Assembly (NCBI RefSeq): GCF_024521635.1
Contig: NW_026250454.1
Span: 1 to 64,000, forward strand
Reading direction: 5' to 3'
DNA from: Tricharina praecox
Lineage: Eukaryota
DNA length: 64,000 nt
In this document: positions 38,195 through 52,735 of the stretch, one piece after another
Layout of the letters: each line of letters starts with the position of its first letter
How positions within the stretch are numbered: position 1 is the stretch's first letter
The notes under the pieces: model-generated
Database searches by the model: none
The model's input: the letters and a program-made list of their open reading frames with translations, nothing else
Told to the model about the DNA's origin: nothing
Made by a program: the position numbers and the translations under genes

Positions 38195-40562
38195 GGTGGG
38201 TGGAGGGCGGGGAGTGGTGGTCGTGGGTGGTAAGGGGGTGGTCGTGGGTGGTAAGGGGGGTGGGTGTTGGTGGGTGGGTTGCGTAGATGGGATGGAACAA
38301 CGCGAACAAAGATAAGTTGTCGAAGTCCGTGCGTCGCGTTCGATCCGGCTACGTGTCGCATCTGTCCCTAACCCACAACGTCATGGTGCGTCACTCGCGG
38401 GCTAGTTGCGGGCGTCTGGTATGATTGCCATGATCTACTTAGGTCACAGGGAGCGACTGATTAAACAAAAACGTAAGGCGATTTACCGCCTGGTGCCGTC
38501 GTCTCGTTGAAGGATTCGTGAAACCTGAGGATTTGAAATCGAAATCCACAAGGTGCGGCGGATATATCGCAGTTTGATAGCCAGTGCCCCCAGGCCCTTT
38601 TTTCTTGGCTTTTTGCTGCCAGTCAAATCTCATACCAGCGAGTTGGGCCCTATCTATGTATCCATCCACGCAAAGAGAGGAGTAAATACACGTGAAGAGT
38701 TTTGCGAGCTCTCTTCCCTCCATCTCAAAGAGCTGCAGTACCGGACCTCATCCCCGCTACTTCAGCTTCAGTTTCAGCCCCTGTTCGCGGATGGGCCAGC
38801 AGCCGGTTTGTGGACGTGGACGTGGATGTGATCTGATGATGTTTGGGGACAGCCCATATGTACAGTACTATCCGTCTGTCGCCCAGAGTCTTCTGCATCA
38901 CAGCTACATATATACCCAGCCCAAACCCCCGTTCGTCGAGCGGGAGAGCTCCAGCATATGCATGGATGTGGGAGACCTACAAGCGGTGCATGTGTAGGTA
39001 AACAGCAGAGCTGGAGGGACGGTTTATGAGCTCAGGACTTTACTAGGTAGTAGTGGGGGGTTTCATCGAATCTGCCGATACCGAACCCGATTGATTCTAC
39101 CTACTCTGGATTACCAACACGCAGAACACTTTCTATCCTGGTGTATAGGTATACCGTCTGCCTGTACTTGCCTATCCGCTCTCACGATCCGCTTACACAG
39201 CCAACACAGCAAAACCCCACATCCCCAGGTTCGCCGTTCACGATCAGGTATCCGCACATAAGGTACGTGGAGTAGGTATGTACATACCCGATGGTAATCC
39301 GCAGCGGCCCGCACGTTCCGTCCGTCTCGGGCAGATCGCCGTCGCTTACTTAACCCTGCCACGGAGATAACCCTGACGGCTGTCGAACAAAAAATGTCTT
39401 TCGACGGATTTTCTCCGTGAGTGCTGGGTTGTGACGCGCTAGGATGCGTAGTCGCCGCGCTATCATAACTAGGCTGGCAGAAGATTCTGGAAGAGAGCCC
39501 GGAGGACGCTGGGTAGCGGTGACGACGGCGCCGACCGACCGACCGGCCGTTGAGATTGGGGGGATCTCTGCCGATTCTGCTCCGCTCGGAGATATGATGA
39601 TGCGGAGATGTGGGGATCTACAGGGAGAAGAATGGGCTGTTCGCAGCGGAGAAATCACTAATCGCAACGGATGGGTGACTTCACTAATCGGACGACACAG
39701 CAAATTCTCTCTTCACTCGCTACACAGATAGAGTACGGTAGTTACCTGGATAATGGACACCGGAGGGAGGGATTTGCGGCAGGCGTCACGCAATAATCAC
39801 CGAGCCGGGGGAGCTGACAAACCTCGCTGCCACGCCCCACCCGGCGTGCGACTGCTCTTCTCGATTCTTCGCGCATCCGCTTCACCGATCCGACAGCGAG
39901 ACACCGTGGCGAAGAGGCCATCCGATGCACCCGCGGGGGGCAGAATGTCTGGGCGGGGAGACACCCGGATGCCCCCGCGAAATCATGGCACGATTTCGCC
40001 AAGATGGGGTGACAGCCGCGGTGCGCTCGTTTTTTCCTTCCCGTTCGTTATTGGCCGATGCCGGAATACTCTACACACTCCCACCACCGCGCGTGGGAAA
40101 CAAACCCCCGCGCAGAAAAGCAGTCAGCTTCGGGTGGCTCGGAGAATTACTCGAAAGCAGCTAGAGTGCTGGACTACATACGTGTGGAAGCGCTTCGACT
40201 GCAATAATCCGATTGCCTGCTAGTGGCCGGTTCATGTGCTATCGCGGTTGCCGTCGTCCCATTGGGCAATCGCAAACGCGCGCGGTGTTGCACAGGAAAT
40301 TTATGGTTGCCATGCATGTCGTCATGCTTGCCGGTTTCTCTCCTGGCGCGTTCCTGGATTAATAATTCGTCGGATTTGTAATCTGACAGGATCGGTATTC
40401 ACAGCGGGGCTGCTCTCCCACCGAAACTCCTCGCAACGAGTGTGAGGTGACGACTGCGCTACCGCGCGAAGATGGAGGTTATAAAGCCCTGTGGACTGTC
40501 CGCTCTGGTATCAATCTTCATTCAATTCGGTATCAATTCACATCCACGATACTACAGCCACA

Positions 40563-41935
<1,373 letters not shown>

Positions 41936-44900
41936 ATTAGGACAGTTCAGGTGGAGCTGTAATGTATAGGATAAATAGATGGGAGGATTAGACAGATCAA
42001 AGAATGTATATACAAAAATAGATTTTGATCAAAACCGTAACAGTTATCGACTGAATCAGACCTCAATGATTCGTGCAAATTCGAGAAGTGCCAGGGCAAC
42101 GCCGTGGAGTAGGCATCAGACGACGTCAATTATACGACAGTCCCACGAAAATATCTGAGCGGCACACAAATAAAAACAGAATGTGCGGCCATGCAAGCTA
42201 CGTACATTCCCAGACGAAATCAATATCCTCTGCTAAATCTGACCAGCCGGCGGCGGTGAAGTGACACACCGACTCGATGGAATACGATCATCCAACCATA
42301 CGCAGCGGACCTCCGGGTTCGGATCGACGGACATAGTATCCCTACAACTAAGCTACCCAGTACCTTTCCAAACTTCTAGTATTCAACCCCAAGCGGTCCG
42401 GACGGTGGACGTTCCCTCGGAGCTTCGCACACGCAGGTGACAGGTGACAGATATGCCCGACGAACGAGGGGCATCGACAGCCGCGCGGCCCTTAGCCCCA
42501 TTGAATGCTATCTAATCATCGTGCGCGCATCTTCTTCCCCCCAAACGAATGGGGAAGCTAGAGAATGGGAAGCTAGAGGGTGGGGAAGCCAAACTGGGGA
42601 AGCCAGAGATTCCCGGATAGCCAGTAGTGAATCAAAGTATGCGGGCGGTGCAGTACGATGGGTTGGGGCTACCAGGCAATGCGGTCCGGGGGGCGGGGGA
42701 GGAGAGGCTGCTCACGAGGCGTCGCTGGCGGCTGGCGAGTATCAATGTATTATTCGACCGCCGCCGTTCCGGATTCGGGGATTGCAAACATCCTGCGAAT
42801 AGAAAGTTGTGTCGGCCGTGTCGTCCGTGTCGACCCTCGCCTCACCTCACCGGGGTTGGCAATGTCCGTAAGTCCATAACACTGATGGTGACAGTCTCAA
42901 TTGCCAAACTGCCAACCTCTGCCATCCTCTGCCAAACTGCCAAAATCGAAAGGGCGGATCGAACTTTGAAGTTTGAATAGATAGTCTGGATCCGGACGCA
43001 ACTGCATCGACGCCGTCGATATCGATATCAATATCGATATACATCCCCAGGCTAGGCGACTCGGTCCGGACGGCTTTCGAAGCCCTGTGGCTCGATCATG
43101 GCAATCGTGGCAGTGAGTGGCTTTATTACTTTGTCCGCCAGGCGGGGTAATGGGAAGGGCTTTGAGATTGCTCCTCCCGTTGCGCACGCAAGGAGGTTGA
43201 CTGAAGAAGGTGGTCGGAAGAAGGCCGCATAGGGGATTGAGTATATACTTGCAAGTGCTTACTCACGCACAGGCTGGATTTCAATCGAGACTGGCGACTG
43301 GCGGGTAGTGGCGGCCGCGGCGGTGGTCGTTCCTGACTCCTGAGTACACTGTACCGGTATCTATCTCGACTCTCGAGAGCAAGAAAAGGCCGCAATCATG
43401 AAGTCCAGAGGCCAGGAGCGGGCACGTGCAAGCCAACAATAGTACCTGTGTAGGTACTAGTAGGTACATATCAACCTCCGGGTACGGTACGTCAGGCGCA
43501 GCGGTCCGGCGATGGAAGGTGGATCTTGCGATTGAATCGACCGTGGCTCTGGTATCTACCTAACTATCCAGCTGCTAGAATTACCGCTACACCGGACAGA
43601 GGATGTACCATAGGTGTGAAGAGTCAAGACGGCGGAATCGGATGGTAGGAAACGGTATGTACGTACACAGCCAACTACATAGTAGCATCACCCGAATGCG
43701 GACAACTGAAGTAGAGCCATGATCAGACCAGACCAAAGCGGAGCATAGAAGAGCATAGTATCGTAGGTGTTCCCGTCGCGGAGTAGACTCATTCACTATA
43801 GTAGAGTGCTGACAGCTCATATGTGCGTGAGTACTTACATACGAGCTTACATACGAGCCATAATTATATCTCCAGCAGGCCCAAGCTCAAGCCCAGGGCT
43901 CAGGCTTAGGCGACACGGTCCGGTGCGGCGGCAGCCATGATCTGCAACAGCCTCAGGGTGTGCGGTGCGCAATTGCTTAGGGATGTGGTTGTGTATGGAC
44001 TTATAAAGGTACATATAGTATGTAGATGAAGCAATTGCGGAAGTCCCCGCACTCAACTCAACGCGACTCAACTCGACTCGACTGGTTAGGCGGAAAAATT
44101 AAAAATAATCGCAGCAGGGGACTTAGGAAATGGCATGTGAAATTGTGAAGTGCTCAACTCCCGAGCGGCGAGTAGTTAGAGCACATACCGGTGTGTATCT
44201 ACCATCTCAGACGCCCATGCACTCCCGCGGGGGCTAAACCGACATCTAACGGCCGTCCAGTGTCCACCACATCGATGCACCGCGTAGTTTCGTCCCGCCT
44301 GCCGTGTCGTCTCGACTCGGGTTGCCAGTCGCACTCCTTGCGCCGTTGCGCGGTCAGCCCTACGCGTTTCGCCCGTGCAGTAGGTATATGACCTGCCGAC
44401 CTGCCAGACCTGCCAGAGCTGACCGATCTAACCGGACGATTGCCCGTTGCGAGTGACGGCCCATGACACTCGTCCCGGCTGTTCAGGCTGAATCGTGCGT
44501 CCGCCGTCCGCAGCGGACGAATCGGCTGGCTTCCTGGATCCTTCCTTCCTTCCTTCCAGGCTGCAGGATGATCCGGAAAAACGTCACAGAGGCACAGAGG
44601 TGGAAGGGAAGGAAAGCGGCAGGTCGGCTAGTGCTTATATGTACCGTATCTGTGCAGTGTGCAGTGTGCTTCCGAATTGGCCGGCGTGTTTTTCTTTCTT
44701 TTTTTCTTTTCGCTTTTCGCTTGCAACTGGGTGTACCTAGGGGGCCGTGGGCGGTTGAGGAATCCGCATGCTCCGGCTGATTCCGTAAAATTCGGTCTTA
44801 ATCGTCGCCGGGCTGGGCTGGTACAGTGTCTACATAGGGACGGGCCGATGCTCCAGCGTAGTACTGGTAGGAGGTATGTAGTTATCACGTTGGATGGGGG

Positions 44901-45567
44901 GTTTGCGGTCAGTGCACGGGCCCATACATACTCTAATCCGTAGGGTTCAATTCGCAAAAGTTGTCTTATTTTTTTGTTTATCTGCGGACAGTTAGATGGA
45001 AACGCTGGTTTGACACTTGAGTTCGTGTGTCAGTCAGAGGGGGCTGCACAATATCAATGCGAGATTCGGACAGTTTCCACGCGTGGACGAAGCGGCGGTG
45101 CGGACAGAGTCTGGTTAATCGGACGGCAATTATAGAAACAGCCCACCACCACCACCACCACCACCACCACCAAGTTCCGGAAGTCATCTATCGATCGTGG
45201 CGGATTCACGCTGGGCTGAGTTACCGATCGTCCCTGATTACTCTAGATACTCTAGATACACTGTTCTACTCTACTCTATCTATCTCTCTATCTATGTACA
45301 AACATACAGCTCGGATACGGAAAGAAAAACATAGATAAAAAAAAACCAAAACCAAAACGCCCGTACATACACCATGTATGATGTATGCACATTCTTTTCC
45401 TGCCGCTTTTCCTGCCGCTTTTCCTGCCGCAATATTCTCGAAGACCTCCACCGCCGACCCCTGAGGCGATCACACCCATCCCCCTCCCCCCTCCCCCCTT
45501 GCCCCCCAACTGTCCCACCCCCTTCCCCCGGCCCCGCGGCCCCTCCCTCCCTCCACGCCCCAACTTC

Positions 45568-45840
45568 TCAACTCCTCAAAATCCCCCTATGCCTTAACTC
45601 ATTCTGCGCAGCAGTTTGCGCATAGACGACGTACGCGTCCTGGTGGGGTGCGAGCTGTAGATATCGCTCCAGCGGGTTCGATGTCGTCTCCACCCACGGG
45701 CACGGCACAAACGTCTCCTCGCGGATTATCGACGCGTCAGTTGCGGGCACTGTGGAGCCGCTGCGGGCCGCAGCGATTTGGAGATTTAATTGGCGGCCGC
45801 CTTCCAGGCGGCGCTCGGTGTGATGGGGGTCGTAGGACAT
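45568..45840 (-). CDS. Candidate small orphan protein (90 aa, MSYDPHHTERR...)
   Basis: ATG ORF preceded by a TATATA element (~46092-46098) and C/A-rich leader, followed by G- and T-rich 3'-UTR-like sequence as at real genes in this window. No recognisable domain. Confidence 0.35.
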   Translation of the reverse strand: MSYDPHHTERRLEGGRQLNLQIAAARSGSTVPATDASIIREETFVPCPWVETTSNPLERYLQLAPHQDAYVVYAQTAAQNELRHRGILRS

Positions 45841-48800
45841 TGGATGGATGGGGGAGGTGGCGCTGGGTGGCTGGGCAGTGGGTGGGTGGGGTGGCTGGTG
45901 CAGACGACGGAGAGATGGTAGCTGCCAACTTGAAGTGTGTTTATGGGTTCTGTTCTGCGTGCGAGTGGGGATATGGCACGGCTGTGGTTTCTTCGTTGAA
46001 GTATGTCCGATTGAGTGGCGGTGATGAACAGCGGAGAGGCGGATGGTTATAATGATCTGGTAAGTAAAGTAAAACGACCGGATCCAGGCTGATATATACC
46101 TCTGAGGAGGAGGAGGGCGAAGAAGGGAGGATGTATGAATTTTACGCAACGAAACGAGCGGCATTGCTGGAAAGTCGCCGACTGGCTGTGACGGCGGCGG
46201 CGGCGGCGGGCGTAATCCACAATCGCGAGGGAGGGAGCCACCGCATACTCGATCCGAGCCGCAGTCTCGTTCGTTCGGTCTAGCTAGCTATCATGTCTAG
46301 GTCTGTAGACTGTAGGTAAGCACTTACTGGACCACTTGGCTGATTGATGGATTACTGTCGCCTCCTTCTCTCCAGCCGAGTGAGTAGGTGAGACGGGAAA
46401 TTCGGGCCGTCACTCCGCCGCGCCGCCCGTCGATCCCTGCGCCCACCCTGCATAAGCCCATACCATACCATAGATACCATCCATCACACGGCGGCGGCCC
46501 GCTGTGTACGCATGTACATACAACACACATACGTCGATAGCCGATTTCCCGCATCTCCGGCGCCAGCGTGTCGGGTTCTGATCTTCCCTTTCTTCCCTTC
46601 CTTCCCTTTCTGCCGGCGTGCGGATCGATGGGTCAGGTCAGAGTCGTTTCGAAAGAATCCTGTGCCTATATTGGGAATTTGGATGCCAGCCGGGACGGAA
46701 AAACTTACGCAGTTGAAACTGCTGCGCTGGATCTTGCGCTATCCGACGGGGAGGCCGGCGAAGGGGGCCGTTGAGCTTCATGCCCCCATGCCGACAAGCC
46801 GCCGTCGTGCTGAGTCGAAGCTCTTTCTCAAACAAGAGCCGTCGAACTTCAAACTAACTACAGTAGTTGGCGGCCCCCGCCCAGGTCACCACCGGCGCTA
46901 CATATTCCATTCATCTGCAAGTCTGCAATGACGGTATCCTCTCTCGCCCCCACGTGCACCAGACAACAGTTTCTCCGACTACACCCCGGGACAAAAGCAA
47001 AAACACACCCCCCCACTCCCAGTCATGAAACCGCAGGTCCGCAGAACCTCAGTTTCATTCTCGGCCCAAACCTTCCGCCTGGCAGATGCCGTAGCACAGC
47101 ACAACACAGCCGGCTGCCGCCAGGGAGCAGGGAGCAGGGATCGCAGTGACAGCTATCAGTGCTTTACCTACTTTGCATCTGTGGATGTGAATAGCTGTCC
47201 AGAACAGAACATCCAACGCCGTCGAAACGCGAATTAGCCTGCCTGTGGGAGGATGAGGGTGAGGGTGGGCGGCAGCCTCCGATGCCGTGGTACCGTGTGT
47301 CCACCGTGTGCGCATTCCGGCCGCCGGGAGGGGCCTATCAGTTGATGGTGGTGGTGGTGGTGCTACTGGTGGTGCTGCTAGAGAATCAGATGGATATGGG
47401 AGCACTGTAGGATGTAGTTACTCTACCGACCGCGTGCGCAAGCAGGTTCAAGAAGCACATCTCTATCATACTACATACTAAGGACAGGGTTTCGCTGATT
47501 TGTACAGATTGTAAATTCATCTATCATGGTATCGTGATCATGCCAGCATGCCTACACAGGTACGCACAGTACATACGCAACCTCATGGACAATATGCTTG
47601 GACGGGCTTATCGCAGTCTTGCAGATGAGCCGCGGATTTGTTTGATCGCGGATAGACGGACGCACAGACAGACTTGGTGCTGCTCTATGTATGAGGTACG
47701 TAGGAACGCTGTTCTGCCGGAGCGTAGGTAGATGTGCCGAAAAGATCCTCACGCCACCTCACGACATGAAGGGGATGGTGGTGGTGGTGGCGGCGGACGT
47801 ATGTGCGACGAGCTCGGTAATGGAACCGGGTTGGTTCTCGTATCAATACGCTTGCGTCGATGGGACGTTTTTCGCTCGATTATGTGTTCGACTACTTGCT
47901 CGATTACGTGCTCGATTACTGATTCTTCTGCTTGCGTTTTTCGCGGCAGCGACACTCGGAGTGGAGAGGGAGCTACCAAGTCCTTCGATGACTGGATAGG
48001 TAAGTGGGGCACTCCGTCGAAGTCGAAGTCATACCAAAAAAACAACCAGAACCTCCCCCTGCGCCGCTCTCAAATACGGTATGTTCGATAGTGTAGTGTA
48101 GTGTACCTAGTGTACAAGCCTTCTCGCATGTAAGCTGTAACTGCCTAGGAAAACCGAACCGTCGAGCCGTCCGGAGGATCCACGGAAGAAAATCACAGCC
48201 TCACAGGAGCCGCGTGATATGATGTGACGCGACGGAGGTAGAGTGTTCGAACTATGTAGGTGGCCATCGCCTCCTGGCTACCACGGTGCGCCCCATCGTC
48301 TTGGGGAGGTTACGTACTCGAATCCCGCCCCGTCTAGTCCAGTGCAGTCGCGCACAGCACAGCACAGCACAGAACAGCACAACAGAGCAGAGCAGACCGA
48401 AGTGGAGTACGGTAGGTATCACACATAGTAACATAGATAAGATGAGCTCGGTACGTCATCCCCTGATCCCACCCTTACAGCCTACCGCCAGCGCTGCCAT
48501 GCCTATTGCAGTAATATATCTTTCCCAGCGGGGTTGCGACTACCCACGGAGCGAGGAGCGGGGGATCCGAAGGGCGACCGACGACGGGAGTTCTACATAT
48601 TGCGCATAGATCTGCGACGCTATCTTGCCATCTAGGTATATCGGATGTCTATCGTACCGTATGCATCGTACTCGCCGTGCGGGCTTACGTGCTGCGTGCT
48701 GCGTGAAGACGATTGGAATCCCGCTGATATATGTACAGGTAGATATTCTACCGGTCGGGTACGTTTTGCACGGACTGCGATACTCGAGAGTGGGGGCCAG

Positions 48801-50645
48801 CCAGACCACTCCACTACCGACCTGCGACTGCGACGGCGACCGCAAACCCGAGCTGTGGTTACGCATGTCTATGCATGGTTACGCATGGTTACGCATGGTT
48901 ACAAAGCAACTACGACAACCTCCTGAGCGTGCGCCGCTTTACCGATGCGATGTACATGCAGAGGTACATACAGAGCCTGCGCAGCACAGCAGCAAGCGGC
49001 AAGAAAATGTTATCGAGCACCACCACCACCACTTGGCTAACCGGATTATTCAGACGCTCGTGTACTATACCAGGTCCTGCCGGTAATCCGAGTGATACCT
49101 ACACGGAAATTGCGTACAGCTGCTCTGCGCAACGGACAACATACGGCGGTAACTGCCGCTTCCGAGCGACCGCTCCACTTCGCAACCGGACCGAGGGGAG
49201 GGGTGCAGCGGGGTTTGAGCGGACTCTCGCCCGCCGAGACTGGAGAGCAGTTTCAACATTCCTCTTGACTAGGTAGCAGGTAGAGTAGCTGCCCTGACGG
49301 CGGATTTTTCGGCCGCGGGAGTCTGATTGCGCGCGAGGGAAGATTCAAGACCTTAGACGCCGTTGACCGGCCCGGTTACTACCGTACGTACTACGGCGCG
49401 GCATCAATGCCGCCAAAATCCCCGCCCTGCGCGCGCGCAAGCCAATAGGTAGATAGATTGGTTGGTACTTTCTGTTGCTTGGGCAGGTTCTGTTCAGGTT
49501 CTGTTCAGGGCTCTTCCTGGGTTGCCTGGGTAGGCGGCAGGAACCCAGGCCCAGAGGCGGGACCCTCAGCGTGTCGGCAGCCGAGCGAGAGACTGCTGAT
49601 GTGCTTTGGGCAGTGGAAATAGAGGGTGAAAGAGTGGATGTGTCAAAGATGAGAATCCCGCTGCTCATCCTGCGCAGTTTCCGCGCAATATCTGCGGACC
49701 GGAGGTCCTCTATATCTACCTACAGATTCTCTCGTCCCTCGCATAGGTCATAGTAGGTATAGCAGACCGATGACGATGACAATGACGATGTACGCCGAAT
49801 CCGATACATTCTCTGCCAGCTTTCCCGTGGACTGCCAGCATTCAGCGATCGTCATAGCCACATCCACATTCCCGACGCGGCACGCCCAACACTTCCAGCA
49901 TTGCTGCAGTCGTCATCGTCATCGTCATATTTCGGACGCAGAACGGTGACAGGGTGGAGAGATACTTGAGCACTCACGACAGGACATTGACGGCCCTGCG
50001 GCTCTTCTGGTGCAGTCTGACGGCCTCACGGCCGCTGCTTTCGGTACTGCGGGGCTCATTGTGTGCGGATAGACTAGGTATGGTGAATGACCAACTGCCC
50101 ATATACTCGTTTCGATCTCTCGAGTCTTGATCGGCTGTGGACAGGAAATATCAGGGAGATGATGATCGACATGCGAGTGCCGCGATTGATGATTTGCCAT
50201 ATTCACTATTGACGTGCAGAGAGATCGCGAGCAAGAACATCGACTTCATCGATGCACATAGCCTATAGTCGTGCCGGTTTTTTGTTATGTTTCGTCGAAT
50301 TACTATTCGGTCACAACCTAAAGGTATCAGGATCAAGGGCGATACCACTCCGAATGCTGATTCACAGTCCAGCCCAGACACCGTTCGGCGGCCCGTCGTA
50401 GCATCATCCGCCATCCGACCAGGTCTGCGCCAAAGATACAGGTAGGGCGCACCCGGAAAACGAACGCAGGAAAAGAAAAGAAACATCCACTCCGCCATGC
50501 ATCCGCCTCGTTGAGTCCCCTGCCTCTGCATCAGAAGATGCCGCTCGGGTAGTGTGGGAAAGGAGTTACGAGTAGCGGTAGCGATTCCTCCGGCTCATCT
50601 CCAGCGATCCAGCGCCCCACATTCCTCGTCAACGGAGTGGAAGCC

Positions 50646-51070
50646 AGAGAGAGAGAGAGAGAGATCTTCCTGCTTTATTTCTCTCGCAGCCTATCTAGAC
50701 GATGGCGAACCGTCGCACTCCTTTCCTGCCCACTCAGGCCAGCTGAGGGTCGAGACCGCGTTGCCAGCGAGCACGCTGTGGCGCCGCTGCGTGCCAAACA
50801 AATAACAAAGTAAATCGCAGCAAGAAAGTATCACCGCATATCCTCATCTCCTATTTCCTCGCACCGGCCGTAAACACAGTACCCTGCTGGCTGGGAACTC
50901 TTGCTCTGCCCCCGATGCGATGCTTGCCTCCTCCTCCTCATCCTCCTACTCCAGGTCTGGTGGATCGTCCTCCCCACATCCGTCGTTCCTGGAAACTCTA
51001 GGATTGCATCGCTGCACCGCTCATCGGCGAATACCTCCGCTATTGACCACCTCTCTTGCCTTCTAGGAGT
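50646..51070 (-). mobile_element. 5'-truncated LINE (Tad1-like) 3' remnant
   Basis: Minus-strand peptide RWSIAEVFADERCSDAILEFPGTTDVGR followed by an acidic stretch resembles the ORF2 C-terminus of fungal LINEs (from recollection); ends in a (TC)n tail at ~50646-50663. Confidence 0.5.
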
Positions 51071-52176
51071 AGAATCCAGAGTGTGTAGTTTAGCGAATTG
51101 CACACTAACGTACGAGTGAGGGTAGGTGCGTATGCGGTGAATTTCCACTTCCTTGCGCGACACACGGAATGCTGGGTACTTAACAGATGGGCGAGGCTGA
51201 TAGGTGTCTCCTGTCATGACGAATTCATCTCATCTCATCAAGAGGATGGCATATACTATTGCGAGGTTCGTCGCGTGTACTGCTCACTCACTCCTCCGGG
51301 CCGCAGTCGGCGTTGTGGATCGCCCAAGCTGGAGTACTAGCACCCGCCGCCGACGAGGAAACACAGCGGGAAGATACAGCAATCGCGAATATGCAAGTCG
51401 ATTCTTGCAACTAGACACTCCTCGCAAACGGGTTTTTTTTCCGCAAAAAAGTGATTGCTGCATGTTCTTTTTCGTAGGGGGGAGTAGCAGCAGGGGGTTC
51501 CAAGGCGCTAGTCTACATTCCACTGGTGTGTGTGCCTGTGAGACTGCAACGGTTTCTGGATGTCGGAGTCTTCATAGATATCGAGTGTAGAATAAAAGTC
51601 AGGGATTTCAATCATTCACAGCAGAATAATCTCAAGGGGTATCGCCGGTAGTGTTCGGTGTTCTGGTTGTGCTGGTGTTCGGATTTCTGTGACGATAGTC
51701 AAGTGATTATATACTCTACCCATACATCAAGCACGCGATAGGAAAACTCTTTCGTGAGGAACTTCGTTGCAAACACCCTCTGAGTCATGGTCTGGCGTAA
51801 GCGCTACGATGAGTCACCCACTGAGTCTAGGCGATAGAGTCGCCGTAAGCTGACACAGGGATAGTCGTTCCGATTAGGCAAGAAGTGCTGACCACTTACT
51901 ACTCTGTGTAGGTCAGAGTAAGCAGTACATATCTTCATGTTGGCACTGAGAACTGGCCTGGTTTTACAGGCTTCCATTAGTTGATAAATTGGTAACTATG
52001 ATCGGCGTGTCATTCTACTGGGTTCCATGATTAACTGCCTGAGGCCGTGTCGGCCGTATCGGACTTTACCGTGCATCACCCGCATTGCTGATTGCTTACT
52101 AGACTCTGGATCCCCTTTGTGCACTCCTGCCCAACTCGTTTCCATGCTGTGACTTTCTATTCCTGTCTTTCCATCC

Positions 52177-52735
52177 TGTAACGGCACGGACGGGCAAGGC
52201 TCCAGGTAGCGAAGTCGGGCTGGGGATCGGGTTCTGGGTTCGGTAGGGGCAAGACGGGTACAGGAGACAAGGTGAGGCAGGGCTCAGTGCAGACGGCAAC
52301 TGAGAACAGAGGCAGGGACAAGGACTACGGCGCAGACGGCAGCCGAGGCAAGGACAGAGGTAACAGTGATTGAATTAACAAGTTGTTGCGTGAAGAACTA
52401 AATACAGAGGGGCAACGGCCCGTTTATATAGAAAATCCTCCACTTCTTCCCGCAACCTGACAATGACCGTGGGCGTGTGCCAGACCCTGAGAAATCCACC
52501 TTGCCAGTACCCCACTTCCGTGACTCACACCCTGCGCAGCCGCACTACCCCTGCTTCCTGCACACAGCCCCAATATCCTGCGACTCATAACTGCGCTATC
52601 CCTGCTCCCTGCACACAGCCCCAAATCCTCTGCGACTCATCCTTGCACTGCCGGTGCACTGCCTCTGCACTGCCCCCCAATTCTCCCGATCCTTGTGCCG
52701 ACCCTCCCTTCGTCATTCCGTCGTGAGCCGTGACG
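52177..52735 (-). repeat. 3' LTR of the chromovirus
   Basis: Direct repeat of 57809-58367. Its inner terminus reads CG instead of TG on the element strand; preceded by purine tract AGGAGGG. Confidence 0.95.

Noticed and set aside
38366..38700. CCCTAACCC followed by T-rich tracts as a telomerase RNA candidate
   Set aside because: The T-rich segment does not form a compact pseudoknot topology and the site lies in the DUF2470 promoter; more likely a chance or telo-box motif.
46394..46550. GGGAAATTCGG with complementary CCGATTTCCC, resembling RNase P RNA P4
   Set aside because: Spacing is short, the CR-V consensus is not met, and other conserved regions were not found.
49511..49557. Hairpin CCTGGGTT...AACCCAGG
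   Set aside because: Isolated short inverted repeat without TSD or other supporting structure.
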